The notes under the pieces are model-generated. The model was not told the DNA's origin. It saw only the letters and a program-made list of their open reading frames with translations, and did not search any database. Positions 1-7,774 of a stretch of DNA of 16,873 bases are shown piece after piece. Every line of letters begins with the position of its first letter. Position 1 is the first letter of the stretch. Source of the DNA: Verrucomicrobiota bacterium (GTDB lineage: Bacteria > Verrucomicrobiota > Verrucomicrobiia > Limisphaerales > JAHDYP01); the NCBI GenBank assembly GCA_046047235.1, contig JBJOII010000099.1, forward strand, positions 1-16,873, in the 5' to 3' direction. A program made the translations under genes and the position numbers.

Positions 1-2
1 GC

Positions 3-110
3 CCATTCGCGTCTACTCCCGATCAGCAAGAGAAACAGTCCCTGCCATTCGCGTCTATTCGTGTCCATTCGCGGTCAAAAAAGAAAACCATCCGCGTCCA
101 TTCGTGTCTC
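3..110. repeat. Four dispersed direct copies of a roughly 13-bp motif CCATTCG(C/T)G(G)TCT at 3-15, 45-57, 65-76 and 98-110, immediately upstream of the oxidoreductase gene. Possible operator or iteron array. It may continue beyond the window edge.
   Basis: Seen directly: ccattcgcgtcta occurs identically at 3-15 and 45-57. The 65-76 copy (ccattcgcggtc) has one indel and the 98-110 copy (ccattcgtgtctc) has one mismatch. Spacings are 42, 20 and 33 bp. Confidence 0.5.
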
Positions 111-157
111 TATTTTCGGCTCGCACTACCCCCCCTCCCCGTGCATGGTCTCATTCC

Positions 158-265
158 ATGAATTCACCCCTTTCCAAGACTACTTCACGTCGCCGTTTTT
201 TGGCTGCCGTAGGCACGGCGATGGCGGCTCCCATGATCGTTCCCTCGTCCGTGTTGGGTCAGGGT
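158..265 (+). other. Predicted Tat signal peptide (about 36 aa: MNSPLSKTTSRRRFLAAVGTAMAAPMIVPSSVLGQG).
   Basis: The S-R-R-x-F-L twin-arginine consensus is followed by a hydrophobic h-region and an A-x-A-like/GQG cleavage region. Confidence 0.6.
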
Positions 266-1480
266 GGAACTGCACCTTCCGAGCGCATCACCATGGGTGT
301 GGTGGGTTGGGGCATGCAGGGCCCCGGCAACACCGGCGCGTTCATGAACTACTCCGACTGCCAGGTCGTTGCCGCGTGTGATCTCGACAAAAACCACCTG
401 CAGGCTGCGGTGGACTCGGTCAACAACAAGTACGGCAACAAGGACTGCAAAGCCTACCACGACTACCGCGAGATGATGGCGCGCAAGGATATCGACAGCG
501 TCATGATCGCCATTCCTGACAACTGGCATGCGCTGGTTTCCATGGAGGCTGCCCGCAACAAGAAGGACATTTACGGCGAGAAACCCTTGGCTCGCACCAT
601 TGCCGAGCAGCAGGCCATCGTCCGTTCTGTTCAGGAGAACAAGCGCATTTGGCAAACCGGATCCTGGCAGCGTTCCACCGGCAACTTCCATTACGCCTGC
701 GAAATCGTCCGTAACGGTCTCATTGGTAAAGTCACCCGTGTCGAAGTCGGCCTGCCCAGCGGTCACCACGACTTTGCTGGCACCACCAAGTTCCGCGACA
801 TCACCGACCCTCCCGCTGAGCTCGACTACGAAACCTGGATCGGCCCGGCCCGCATGGAGCCCTACATTAAGGCGCGCGTGCACATGAACTGGCGCTGGAA
901 CTACAACATCGGCGGCGGCCAGCTCCTCGACTGGATCGGTCACCACTGCGACATCGCTCACTGGGGCCTCGACTTTGACAACTCCGGCCCCAGCGAAATC
1001 GAGGGCGAAGGCGAGTTCCCGCCTCAGGACGCTATCTGGAACACCTGCACCAAATACCGCATCAACCTCAAATACCCCAACAACATCGACATGGTCATCG
1101 CTGGCGGACATGGCGATATCCGTGGCGGCACCAAATGGATTGGTACCGACGGCTGGGTCTGGGTTGACCGTGGCGGCTTTGACACCTCCATCGCTGAGCT
1201 CAAGGACCGCACCCGTCTCCCTGAGGAGATGCGCAAGGTTCAGCTCATCAAAACCGGCGGCCACCAACGCAACTTCCTCGACTGCGTCAAATCCAGAAAG
1301 CCCACCGTCACCCCGGCTGAAACCGCACACCACTCCGCCATCCCCGGACACCTCGGCCTCATCTCCATGATCGTGGGCCGCAAAATCCGCTGGGACGCCG
1401 AAAAGGAAGTCATCCTCAACGACGATGCAGCCAGCAAGCTGCTCAGCCGACCCTACCGCGCCCCCTACAAGCTGGCCTAA
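158..1480 (+). CDS. Gfo/Idh/MocA-family NAD(P)-dependent oxidoreductase with an N-terminal twin-arginine (Tat) signal peptide. It is a periplasmic dehydrogenase of the glycosidase/GH109-like type. The ORF-track start at 104 is a GTG that overlaps the upstream repeat, and the ATG at 158 (MNSPLSK...) is preferred.
   Basis: The Tat motif SRRRFLAAVGTAMAAP sits at the N-terminus. A Rossmann motif MGVVGWGMQGPG is followed by AACDLDKNHLQ, then DIDSVMIAIPDNWHA, then the family-typical EKPLA motif (GEKPLARTIAEQQAIV). The ORF is continuous for 441 codons and ends in TAA at 1478-1480. Confidence 0.8.
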   Translation: MNSPLSKTTSRRRFLAAVGTAMAAPMIVPSSVLGQGGTAPSERITMGVVGWGMQGPGNTGAFMNYSDCQVVAACDLDKNHLQAAVDSVNNKYGNKDCKAYHDYREMMARKDIDSVMIAIPDNWHALVSMEAARNKKDIYGEKPLARTIAEQQAIVRSVQENKRIWQTGSWQRSTGNFHYACEIVRNGLIGKVTRVEVGLPSGHHDFAGTTKFRDITDPPAELDYETWIGPARMEPYIKARVHMNWRWNYNIGGGQLLDWIGHHCDIAHWGLDFDNSGPSEIEGEGEFPPQDAIWNTCTKYRINLKYPNNIDMVIAGGHGDIRGGTKWIGTDGWVWVDRGGFDTSIAELKDRTRLPEEMRKVQLIKTGGHQRNFLDCVKSRKPTVTPAETAHHSAIPGHLGLISMIVGRKIRWDAEKEVILNDDAASKLLSRPYRAPYKLA

Positions 1481-1492
1481 ACCAGCCAGCTC

Positions 1493-2875
1493 ATGACCCC
1501 GGCGGACCTCATCAGACTGGGCGTCCCCCTCGGACGCCCAGTCCGCCGGGCCAATGACTTCATTGCCAATTACTGCCTCAAGGGACTCGATCGCTCTCGG
1601 ATCGAGGACGAAATCCGCTCCATTCTCGCCAACCCGACGGCTTACGCCGAGGACCCGCTCCGCGGCTCCTTCGCCCGGTCCCTCCTCAAACCCCGCCCTG
1701 CCCTCAAGGACCCACCTGCGGACTACCACCAGTGGGGCAATGATCTCGACCCCCAGTCAGTCCAGCAAATGGAACAGGCCTGCCGGCTGCCCGTCGCAGT
1801 CGCTGGCGCACTGATGCCCGATGCCCATATCGGCTATGGCCTGCCCATCGGCGGCGTCCTCGCCACCCACAACGCCGTCATCCCTTACGCCGTCGGTGTC
1901 GACATCGCCTGCCGGATGAAAATGACGGTGCTGGACCTCCCCGTCCGGCGCATCGAATCCCGCGCCGACCGCCTCATCTCCGCCATCGAATCCGAAACCC
2001 GCTTTGGCATCGGTGCCAGTTTCCAGGACCGACGGCAACACCCCGTCATGGATGCCGACTGGTCAGTGACCCACATCACTGCCGAGCACAAGGACAAGGC
2101 CTGGTCCCAGCTCGGAACCAGCGGCTCCGGCAACCACTTCGTCGAGTTCGGTACACTCGAAATCACTGCACCCGACCTGACCCTTCCCCCCGGTCTCTAC
2201 CTCGCACTTCTCAGCCATAGCGGCAGCCGCGGCACCGGCGCCGCCATCTGCAACCACTACAGCAAACTCGCCGTTAAACTCCATCCCGACCTCCCCCACG
2301 AAATCTCCCGCCTCGCTTGGCTCGACCTCAACTCCGAACCCGGACAGGAATACTGGAACGCCATGGAACTCATGGGCCAATACGCCGCCGCCAACCACGC
2401 TGTCATCCACCAGTCCATCGCCGCCAATTTGGGCGCCGAAGTCCTCCTCGATATCGAAAACCACCACAACTTTGCCTGGAAAGAGCACCACCTCGGCCAG
2501 GACCTCATCGTTCACCGCAAAGGCGCTACTCCCGCCTCCATCGGCACGCTCGGCATCATCCCGGGTTCGATGGCCACACCAGGCTTCCTCGTCCGTGGCA
2601 AAGGCAACCCCCTCTCCCTCCAGTCCGCCTCCCACGGCGCCGGACGTTGCATGAGCCGTACCCAAGCCACCAAGAAATTCACCTGGAATAACGTCCAGGC
2701 ATACCTCCAAAAACAAGGCGTCAAACTCATATCCGCCGGCCTCGACGAAGTCCCCATGGCCTATAAAAATATCCACACCGTCATGGCCGCTCAAACCGAC
2801 CTCATCGAACCCCTCGCCCAATTCAATCCTAAGCTCGTCAAAATGGCCCCCGCCGGAGAACGCCCCGAAGATTAA
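1493..2875 (+). CDS. rtcB: RtcB-family RNA-splicing ligase (3'-phosphate/5'-OH RNA ligase). It carries an N-terminal extension of about 60 aa relative to E. coli RtcB.
   Basis: Four conserved RtcB metal/GTP-site motifs are present. MPDAHIGYGLPIGGV matches E. coli MPDVHLGKG. GSGNHFVEFG is present. ENHHNFAW is present. SASHGAGR matches the HGAGR active-site histidine. The ATG at 1493 lies 12 nt after the upstream stop, and the gene ends in TAA at 2873-2875. Confidence 0.8.
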   Translation: MTPADLIRLGVPLGRPVRRANDFIANYCLKGLDRSRIEDEIRSILANPTAYAEDPLRGSFARSLLKPRPALKDPPADYHQWGNDLDPQSVQQMEQACRLPVAVAGALMPDAHIGYGLPIGGVLATHNAVIPYAVGVDIACRMKMTVLDLPVRRIESRADRLISAIESETRFGIGASFQDRRQHPVMDADWSVTHITAEHKDKAWSQLGTSGSGNHFVEFGTLEITAPDLTLPPGLYLALLSHSGSRGTGAAICNHYSKLAVKLHPDLPHEISRLAWLDLNSEPGQEYWNAMELMGQYAAANHAVIHQSIAANLGAEVLLDIENHHNFAWKEHHLGQDLIVHRKGATPASIGTLGIIPGSMATPGFLVRGKGNPLSLQSASHGAGRCMSRTQATKKFTWNNVQAYLQKQGVKLISAGLDEVPMAYKNIHTVMAAQTDLIEPLAQFNPKLVKMAPAGERPED

Positions 2876-2893
2876 GCACCCACCTGTCCACGG

Positions 2894-2958
2894 AGGTCAG
2901 CCTGTCCGCCATAGCCTTGGCGAAGGCGGAAGGGCAAAGGTCAGCCTGTCGCCCGTAG
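2894..2958. repeat. An imperfect 21-bp direct repeat, AGGTCAGCCTGTC(C/G)(G/C)CC(A/G)TAG, at 2894-2914 and 2938-2958 (about 18/21 identical) in the convergent intergenic region.
   Basis: Read directly from the sequence. The spacing is 44 bp. Confidence 0.4.
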
Positions 2959-3146
2959 TCCCCTCCACTCCAAACCTCACCAACGGCGCCATCCTCCACA
3001 GAACCACCGGCGCAGGGTGCCCGCCCTTTAAGGCACCTTGGCCCCCTTCTCTCAACTCCATCCCTTTCTCTACAGACATACATGGCACAGCCAAATCCCG
3101 ACACCACCCTCTCCTCTCTTCTCCCTCCCATCTCCCGGAACAAAAA

Positions 3147-3172
3147 ACGACCGCCGGTTTCCCGGCGGTCGT
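3147..3172 (-). terminator. Rho-independent terminator for the minus-strand LamG/Ig gene. The stem ACGACCGCCGG/CCGGCGGTCGT has a 4-nt loop and is followed on the minus strand by TTTTTTG (plus-strand A-run 3142-3147).
   Basis: A perfect 11-bp GC-rich stem with a tetraloop sits 25 nt downstream of the minus-strand stop (3197-3199). The T6 tract is on the transcribed (minus) sense strand. No T-run follows on the plus strand, so the terminator is unidirectional. Confidence 0.65.
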
Positions 3173-3196
3173 TCGCGTTAGAATGAATCTGCCGAC

Positions 3197-6187
3197 TTAC
3201 TTCCGCAAACGGAAGAAGCCCGGCGTGCTCGTGGTGTGGCTGGTTTCACCGGCAGTCGACACATCCTGCCAGGTCGCACCGCTCAGGTCAGAGGCCTGCT
3301 GTAGTACTGCAGTGCTGTCACTCCAGGTGACAGTCACGCTGCCTGCACCAGCATCATAGGTCACACCGCCAACCTCAGGCTGCGTCACCACGTCAATCAC
3401 CACGGTCGACAGGTCGTTGCCCGCCAACCCGGCAGCGTAGATCGCCGCGACCTCAGTCGGGGTCACCACACGACGCCAGATGCCCAGATCGTCTACGCTC
3501 AGGTCGGTGAACGTCGAACCATAGGATCCCGTGCCGTCCTGGCCAATGTTCGTGCTGTTCGCTCCAGGAGTCGTCACGTCACGCACACCGTCGCCAATCA
3601 GGGTCCGGTTCGCCAACACTCCGTCCACATAGGTCGAGGCCATACCGCTGCGGTCATAAGCCACCACCACATGGTGCCAGTTCGCGTTGCCGAAGGTGCC
3701 GCCAGGACCGTCGTAGTCCTTGCGACCAGCCGGAGGACCAGCGTAGTTCCACTGCACACGACCATCACCGTCACCGGCGATCACGTAGCCCTGGTTGCCA
3801 CCGCTGTTCCAGTCCTTGTTGCCAATGAACGAAGGATCACCACTCCAGCCACCCTCGGGATTCAACGCCCAGAAGCTGATCGAGAAGTCGACGTCCGATC
3901 CGAAGTCCAGATCCGAAGGCGCCCCCAAGGACACGTAGTCAGAACCGGAAGGAATGTTCACCGCACCGCCAACGGCGCCAGTCACAAAGGTCGGGCTGCC
4001 CACGGCCTGCCCGTTGTTCCCTGCACCCGACGCGTCGTTCAGGTTGTTGTCAAACTTCAGGTGCACCACCAGATCCTGCCCGATGCTGCCCGCAAACACG
4101 TCCACCTGCGTGGACTTGCTCATCACGGCCGCACCACCAGTCAACTGCGCGTTGCTCACTTCCACGGCATACGTGCCAGCATCCGAAACGCTGGCCGATG
4201 CCACGCTGTAGGTCGCCTCGGTCGCTCCCGCGATCGCCGCACCGTCCTTATACCAGGTGTAGGTGAACGGCTCAGTCCCGGTCGCAGTGACCGACAAGCT
4301 GAACGAAGAACCCGCATGCACCCACGATCCCGCCGGCTGATCACCGATCACCGGAGGCAACGCCGTGTTGATGCTATACAAGCCGACGTTGTCCACGCCG
4401 AAGTACCAGCTCGCGGTGCCGGCCTGCATGAAGCGCAGTCGAACGGCCGCTTGATTGTCGGCCTGAGGCAGGCGGAACAACTCAACGCGCTTCGACTCCA
4501 AACGATCGTCGTTGATACGACCACTGATGTAAGGCGCCAGATCCTGGGAAACCGTGGCACCAATCCACGCGCCATACGCCTCACCATGCGCCTGGTCAGC
4601 ACGCACCTCGCTCAAAGTCGCCACTGCGTCAACTTCTTCCCCGTTCATGATGATGTCCGGCGCGTCAATCATGTAGACCACCGGCAGCCAAGTCGCACCG
4701 CCATCAATGGAATACTCCACCGAGGCAATGTTGTCCTGGTTCTGCTCATACATGCTGTGATACGAGAGATACACGTTGTTCTGTCCGGAACAGTTGAAGT
4801 CCTTCGAGAACATCACCTGCACCTGATTTCCGCTGCGGACATCCGATTCGCCATAGGCAAAGTTTCCGCTCACCAGGCTCTCCAATACCACGCCGTTTTC
4901 CACGATCGGATTCAGCGCAAGACGACGGGCCGAATCCACGTTCAGGGCCGCCAAGGTGTCCGTGCTGATCACCACGAAGTCCGCATACGAATCTGAATTC
5001 GCATTGCTCAAATCCAAACCCGTGCCCGCAATGTCCGTCAGGTTGGTCACAGTCCAGCCAGCCGGAAGCGACCCCTCAGCCACCGCGTCAAAGGTCTCCA
5101 ACGCAATCGGTGAAGGCAGATTCACGTTGATGTAGTCCGCCACGGTAAACGTCCAGCTCTCCGTACGCGCACCGTCCGCACTGTCCGTCCAGTTCAGCTG
5201 AACGGAATGCTCGGTCAAAGGAGCCAGCACAGAGGCCGGGGTGTACACAATCGTGTAGGACTTCCCGTCAACGGTAATCCCCGGCGTCACCGCCGCACCG
5301 TCAAACTCCATCTGAATGCTCCCCTGCGCCACGGTGCTGCCACCCTGGTTCAAGACCACTGTCACTGCCGGAACCGGCGAGGCATTCACACCGTTCACCG
5401 CCGGATCACGCGACTCGATAAAGCTCGAGACGGTCGGGATCGAGGTCGGAATCCCGGCCGCACTCGGCCCGCCCAACGCAATCATGTCCCCCGCCGTCAG
5501 CACCTGCGCCCACAACTGAATGCTGTTCACATAACCCGGGGCAATGTCCCCGTCATTATCCGTGAACAACTCAGCATAGTAGTTCGGTGCCATGGCCCAA
5601 CGACCCTCCAGCACGTTGCCCAGGTTCTGCACACCCACCTCAGCGCCGTCGATGTACTTGCGCATGGTCCCGGTCACGCTGTCCATCGTCACCGCAATCC
5701 GGTGCCAGGTGTCAGCCACAACCTGACCGTCATACTGGCCACTAATACCAATCCCGTTCGAGGTGTTCACAAAGAACTCCGCGTCGGCATTGATCACGCT
5801 CTCATCAATATCAATGATCGAACGCCACTTGGAATCAGAAGCCGCCGGGAACAACACGTCCATGATTAGCGTCCATTGGTTCACCAATGAGCCGCCCCCG
5901 TTCGCCGCCGTCGGTGTCGGCATCCGCAAACCCGAGCCAATCTCATAACCCGTGAAGCTCAGGACCTGCGCCACCTCACCGTTGATGTCCGGAATACCAA
6001 AAGAAGTGGTGCTGCCAAAGGCAGTCCCCGCCTGCCCGCTCGCCCCGTAAGTCATGTCTCCACCTATCGTCGCCGATAGGTTGCCACTGTTGAAATCCCA
6101 CTGTCCGCTCGGCGCGGCCTGCAAGGTCATATACCCTGCACATGCCGCCACCGCCACAAACAGGCTGGGTCGGATGGTTGTTCGCAT
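3197..6187 (-). CDS. Large secreted cell-surface protein (996 aa). It has an N-terminal signal peptide, Ig-like (I-set-like) repeats and a LamG/concanavalin-A-like lectin domain. A small beta-sandwich-like tail ends ...TWQDVSTAGETSHTTSTPGFFRLRK.
   Basis: The signal peptide is MRTTIRPSLFVAVAACAGYMTLQAAP. The Ig-like signature is YTWYKDGAAIAGATEATYSVASASVSDAGTYAVEVSN. A LamG-like stretch reads NWHHVVVAYDRSGMASTYVDGVLANRTLIGDG. The composition is Thr/Ser/Gly/Val-rich, typical of adhesin-like beta-sandwich repeats. The start ATG is at 6185-6187 and the stop TAA at 3197-3199. Confidence 0.7.
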   Translation of the reverse strand: MRTTIRPSLFVAVAACAGYMTLQAAPSGQWDFNSGNLSATIGGDMTYGASGQAGTAFGSTTSFGIPDINGEVAQVLSFTGYEIGSGLRMPTPTAANGGGSLVNQWTLIMDVLFPAASDSKWRSIIDIDESVINADAEFFVNTSNGIGISGQYDGQVVADTWHRIAVTMDSVTGTMRKYIDGAEVGVQNLGNVLEGRWAMAPNYYAELFTDNDGDIAPGYVNSIQLWAQVLTAGDMIALGGPSAAGIPTSIPTVSSFIESRDPAVNGVNASPVPAVTVVLNQGGSTVAQGSIQMEFDGAAVTPGITVDGKSYTIVYTPASVLAPLTEHSVQLNWTDSADGARTESWTFTVADYINVNLPSPIALETFDAVAEGSLPAGWTVTNLTDIAGTGLDLSNANSDSYADFVVISTDTLAALNVDSARRLALNPIVENGVVLESLVSGNFAYGESDVRSGNQVQVMFSKDFNCSGQNNVYLSYHSMYEQNQDNIASVEYSIDGGATWLPVVYMIDAPDIIMNGEEVDAVATLSEVRADQAHGEAYGAWIGATVSQDLAPYISGRINDDRLESKRVELFRLPQADNQAAVRLRFMQAGTASWYFGVDNVGLYSINTALPPVIGDQPAGSWVHAGSSFSLSVTATGTEPFTYTWYKDGAAIAGATEATYSVASASVSDAGTYAVEVSNAQLTGGAAVMSKSTQVDVFAGSIGQDLVVHLKFDNNLNDASGAGNNGQAVGSPTFVTGAVGGAVNIPSGSDYVSLGAPSDLDFGSDVDFSISFWALNPEGGWSGDPSFIGNKDWNSGGNQGYVIAGDGDGRVQWNYAGPPAGRKDYDGPGGTFGNANWHHVVVAYDRSGMASTYVDGVLANRTLIGDGVRDVTTPGANSTNIGQDGTGSYGSTFTDLSVDDLGIWRRVVTPTEVAAIYAAGLAGNDLSTVVIDVVTQPEVGGVTYDAGAGSVTVTWSDSTAVLQQASDLSGATWQDVSTAGETSHTTSTPGFFRLRK

Positions 6188-6225
6188 AGTTCTCTGCTGG
6201 TTTGGTTTTGTTTGGGTTTTTGGAT

Positions 6226-6240
6226 TGTCAGTCTGACTGA
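6226..6240. promoter_or_regulatory. A 7-1-7 perfect palindrome GTCAGTC-T-GACTGAC lies about 40 bp upstream of the LamG/Ig gene start. It is preceded on the plus strand by a T-rich tract (6201-6222). Possible operator.
   Basis: Reverse-complement identity was checked by eye. The palindrome sits between the lipoprotein stop (6267) and the LamG start (6187). Confidence 0.3.
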
Positions 6241-6266
6241 CCGAAAGTCTTTGTATCCGGCCCCGG

Positions 6267-6644
6267 CTACTTGCGCGCCTGATGGGTCTTCAACATCTCC
6301 TGCGCCGCCGCATTCCCCGCCTCCGCCGCCGCTCGCAATTGCTCCGCCACAGTCCTCAACGACCCCGCCGCAATCTCCCGCTGCTCCGGCGTCAGATCCG
6401 GCCGCGCCATCATGCTCTGTAATTCAATAAACGCACGCGGCGTGTCCTGCGACTCCATCGCCGCAATCGCACTCTCCGCATTCGCCTGCGCCTCAGGTGA
6501 CGCATCCTGAAAGGCCTCCTTCACCGCCCCCGGTGCCGCCTCGGCCGACACCGCCTCCGGCGGCTTGGAATCCCCACCGCACCCCGCCAAAAATGAAGCC
6601 GCCACCACCAACACCCCGACTCTGTAACAAATGCGCCTTAACAT
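6267..6644 (-). CDS. Small Ala-rich lipoprotein of 125 aa and unknown function.
   Basis: The N-terminus MLRRICYRVGVLVVAASFLAGCGG carries a lipobox (LAGC) after a hydrophobic h-region. A strong Shine-Dalgarno AGGAGG lies 3 nt upstream of the ATG (plus-strand cctcct at 6648-6653). The stop TAG is at 6267-6269. Confidence 0.65.
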   Translation of the reverse strand: MLRRICYRVGVLVVAASFLAGCGGDSKPPEAVSAEAAPGAVKEAFQDASPEAQANAESAIAAMESQDTPRAFIELQSMMARPDLTPEQREIAAGSLRTVAEQLRAAAEAGNAAAQEMLKTHQARK

Positions 6645-6647
6645 AAT

Positions 6648-6653
6648 CCTCCT
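6648..6653 (-). promoter_or_regulatory. Shine-Dalgarno sequence AGGAGG for the lipoprotein gene.
   Basis: Plus-strand cctcct lies immediately upstream (on the minus strand) of the ATG at 6642-6644. Confidence 0.6.
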
Positions 6654-6714
6654 GATACCTCTCTGTTCTCCAATTCAAACGGATACACTCTGGGCAATCC
6701 GCCCCCCCGCCACC

Positions 6715-7533
6715 CTAGAAACTCGGCTGTTCCAAAGGCGTCTCACCTGTGTACCACCGGTAGTCCACCCCCTTGTCAAAACCCCGGAACGTAATGGTCG
6801 ATACATTCCCCGGAATCCACAACGTGTTACATCGCTTGTTGTGCCGAAACCATTCGTTAGACATGTCCAGGTTCGGATACAGCGCCGCCAAATCATACCG
6901 CCATTGCGTCAAAATCTCCCGCTGACCGGGGAATAAACCCAGACTGTCGGTCGTTCCCTCCATCCGCTGCTCCGCTGCGTCCTGCGCAAAAATCGTCGTC
7001 GAAGGACTCTGAAAAGTGCTCAGCTTCATGGGCCCCAGATCCCCGCGATACGAGGACACCACAAACCGGTTCAAGCCGTAGGAGGAATAGAGCCAGAACT
7101 CTTTCGGATAGGTCTTCCCCTCCTCCCGCCACTCGTCCACCACCCGCGCACTGGGACACCGATAGATATCCTTGGTCCCGCCAAAATAACTCACATACGC
7201 AATCCCCCAATACGCCTCACCGTCCGTAGGCTCCAGCTGCACGGTCGACCGAGGATTCCGCACCCATTGCCCGTGGTTCGGCGCGCTGGCCGCCCCGGAA
7301 CTATCCAACACGTGATGGAAGGTATCGTTGTTGTCCTCCGCATACATGGTGGTGCCCAAGCCAATCTGGTGCAGGTTGTTCAAGCACTTGGTCTGACGAG
7401 CCTTCTCCTTGGCCTTCGCCAGCGCCGGTAACAACATGCCGGCCAAGATCGCGATAATCGCAATCACGACCAAAAGCTCAATAAGGGTGAACCCCGAAAA
7501 ACGGGCGTTCTTATTGGGAATTCTCAAAACCAT
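6715..7533 (-). CDS. Prepilin-type N-terminal cleavage/methylation domain protein of the DUF1559 / H-X9-DG-like family. This family is massively expanded in Planctomycetota/Verrucomicrobiota.
   Basis: The N-terminus [14 protein letters not shown]|[28 protein letters not shown] has the class-III (type IV pilin) leader with cleavage after Gly, Phe at +1 and Glu at +5. The C-terminal motif [19 protein letters not shown] resembles the DUF1559 H-x2-N-x-LW-x-(D/P)G-xV signature. The start ATG is at 7531-7533 and the stop TAG at 6715-6717. Confidence 0.85.
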   Translation of the reverse strand: MVLRIPNKNARFSGFTLIELLVVIAIIAILAGMLLPALAKAKEKARQTKCLNNLHQIGLGTTMYAEDNNDTFHHVLDSSGAASAPNHGQWVRNPRSTVQLEPTDGEAYWGIAYVSYFGGTKDIYRCPSARVVDEWREEGKTYPKEFWLYSSYGLNRFVVSSYRGDLGPMKLSTFQSPSTTIFAQDAAEQRMEGTTDSLGLFPGQREILTQWRYDLAALYPNLDMSNEWFRHNKRCNTLWIPGNVSTITFRGFDKGVDYRWYTGETPLEQPSF

Positions 7534-7578
7534 GGCTTTTTCTAGAAGGTATTAAACGATGCTGCCGGCGGTACGGAA

Positions 7579-7584
7579 TGTCAA
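7579..7584 (-). promoter_or_regulatory. A perfect TTGACA -35-like hexamer on the minus strand, about 46 nt upstream of the DUF1559 gene start. No convincing -10 follows at 17-18 bp spacing (CATCGT/ATCGTT).
   Basis: Plus-strand tgtcaa at 7579-7584. It lies in the only clearly AT-richer intergenic region of the window (7534-7774). Confidence 0.25.
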
Positions 7585-7774
7585 CCACCCTTGCTACAAT
7601 AGGCAGGATTTAAGCACATCAGCGCAGCAGTTAGGCGGAATAATACATAGCGTTGCAACCCTTAGAGTTAGGCTCCACATATCGCTTGCACTTCGCTTTT
7701 TCACGCATCGCTGAACACACCTATCCCCCCAGCCCGTCACCTTCAGATGACCAAAATGTGACGAATCGGTGAAC

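Noticed and set aside
104-157. The upstream GTG start (104) for the oxidoreductase given by the ORF track.
   Set aside because: GTG at 104 overlaps the fourth copy of the upstream repeat and adds 18 residues before the Tat motif. The ATG at 158 gives a canonical-length Tat signal peptide (MNSPLSKTTSRRRFL...).
185-1729. A 514-aa minus-strand ORF antisense to the oxidoreductase gene.
   Set aside because: It has Gly/Ala/Val/Asp-rich low-complexity translation typical of the antisense frame of a GC-rich gene, no recognisable motifs, and it overlaps a gene with clear family signatures.
3083-3190. A small plus-strand ORF starting at ATG 3083 (MAQPNPDTTLSS...).
   Set aside because: It runs straight through the terminator hairpin of the convergent gene, has no RBS and is low-complexity Pro/Ser/Leu-rich.
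3671-4996. A 441-aa plus-strand ORF (Arg/His/Val-rich) antisense to the LamG/Ig gene.
   Set aside because: It is a compositional artefact of the GC-rich opposite strand. It has a very high Arg/His content and no domain signatures. The minus-strand gene has a signal peptide and Ig/LamG motifs.
7640-7690. A sigma-54-like element (AGGCTC...TTGCA) on the plus strand.
   Set aside because: The spacing between the GG and GC elements is about 5 nt too long for the -24/-12 consensus. Its orientation would transcribe into the 3' end of a minus-strand gene.
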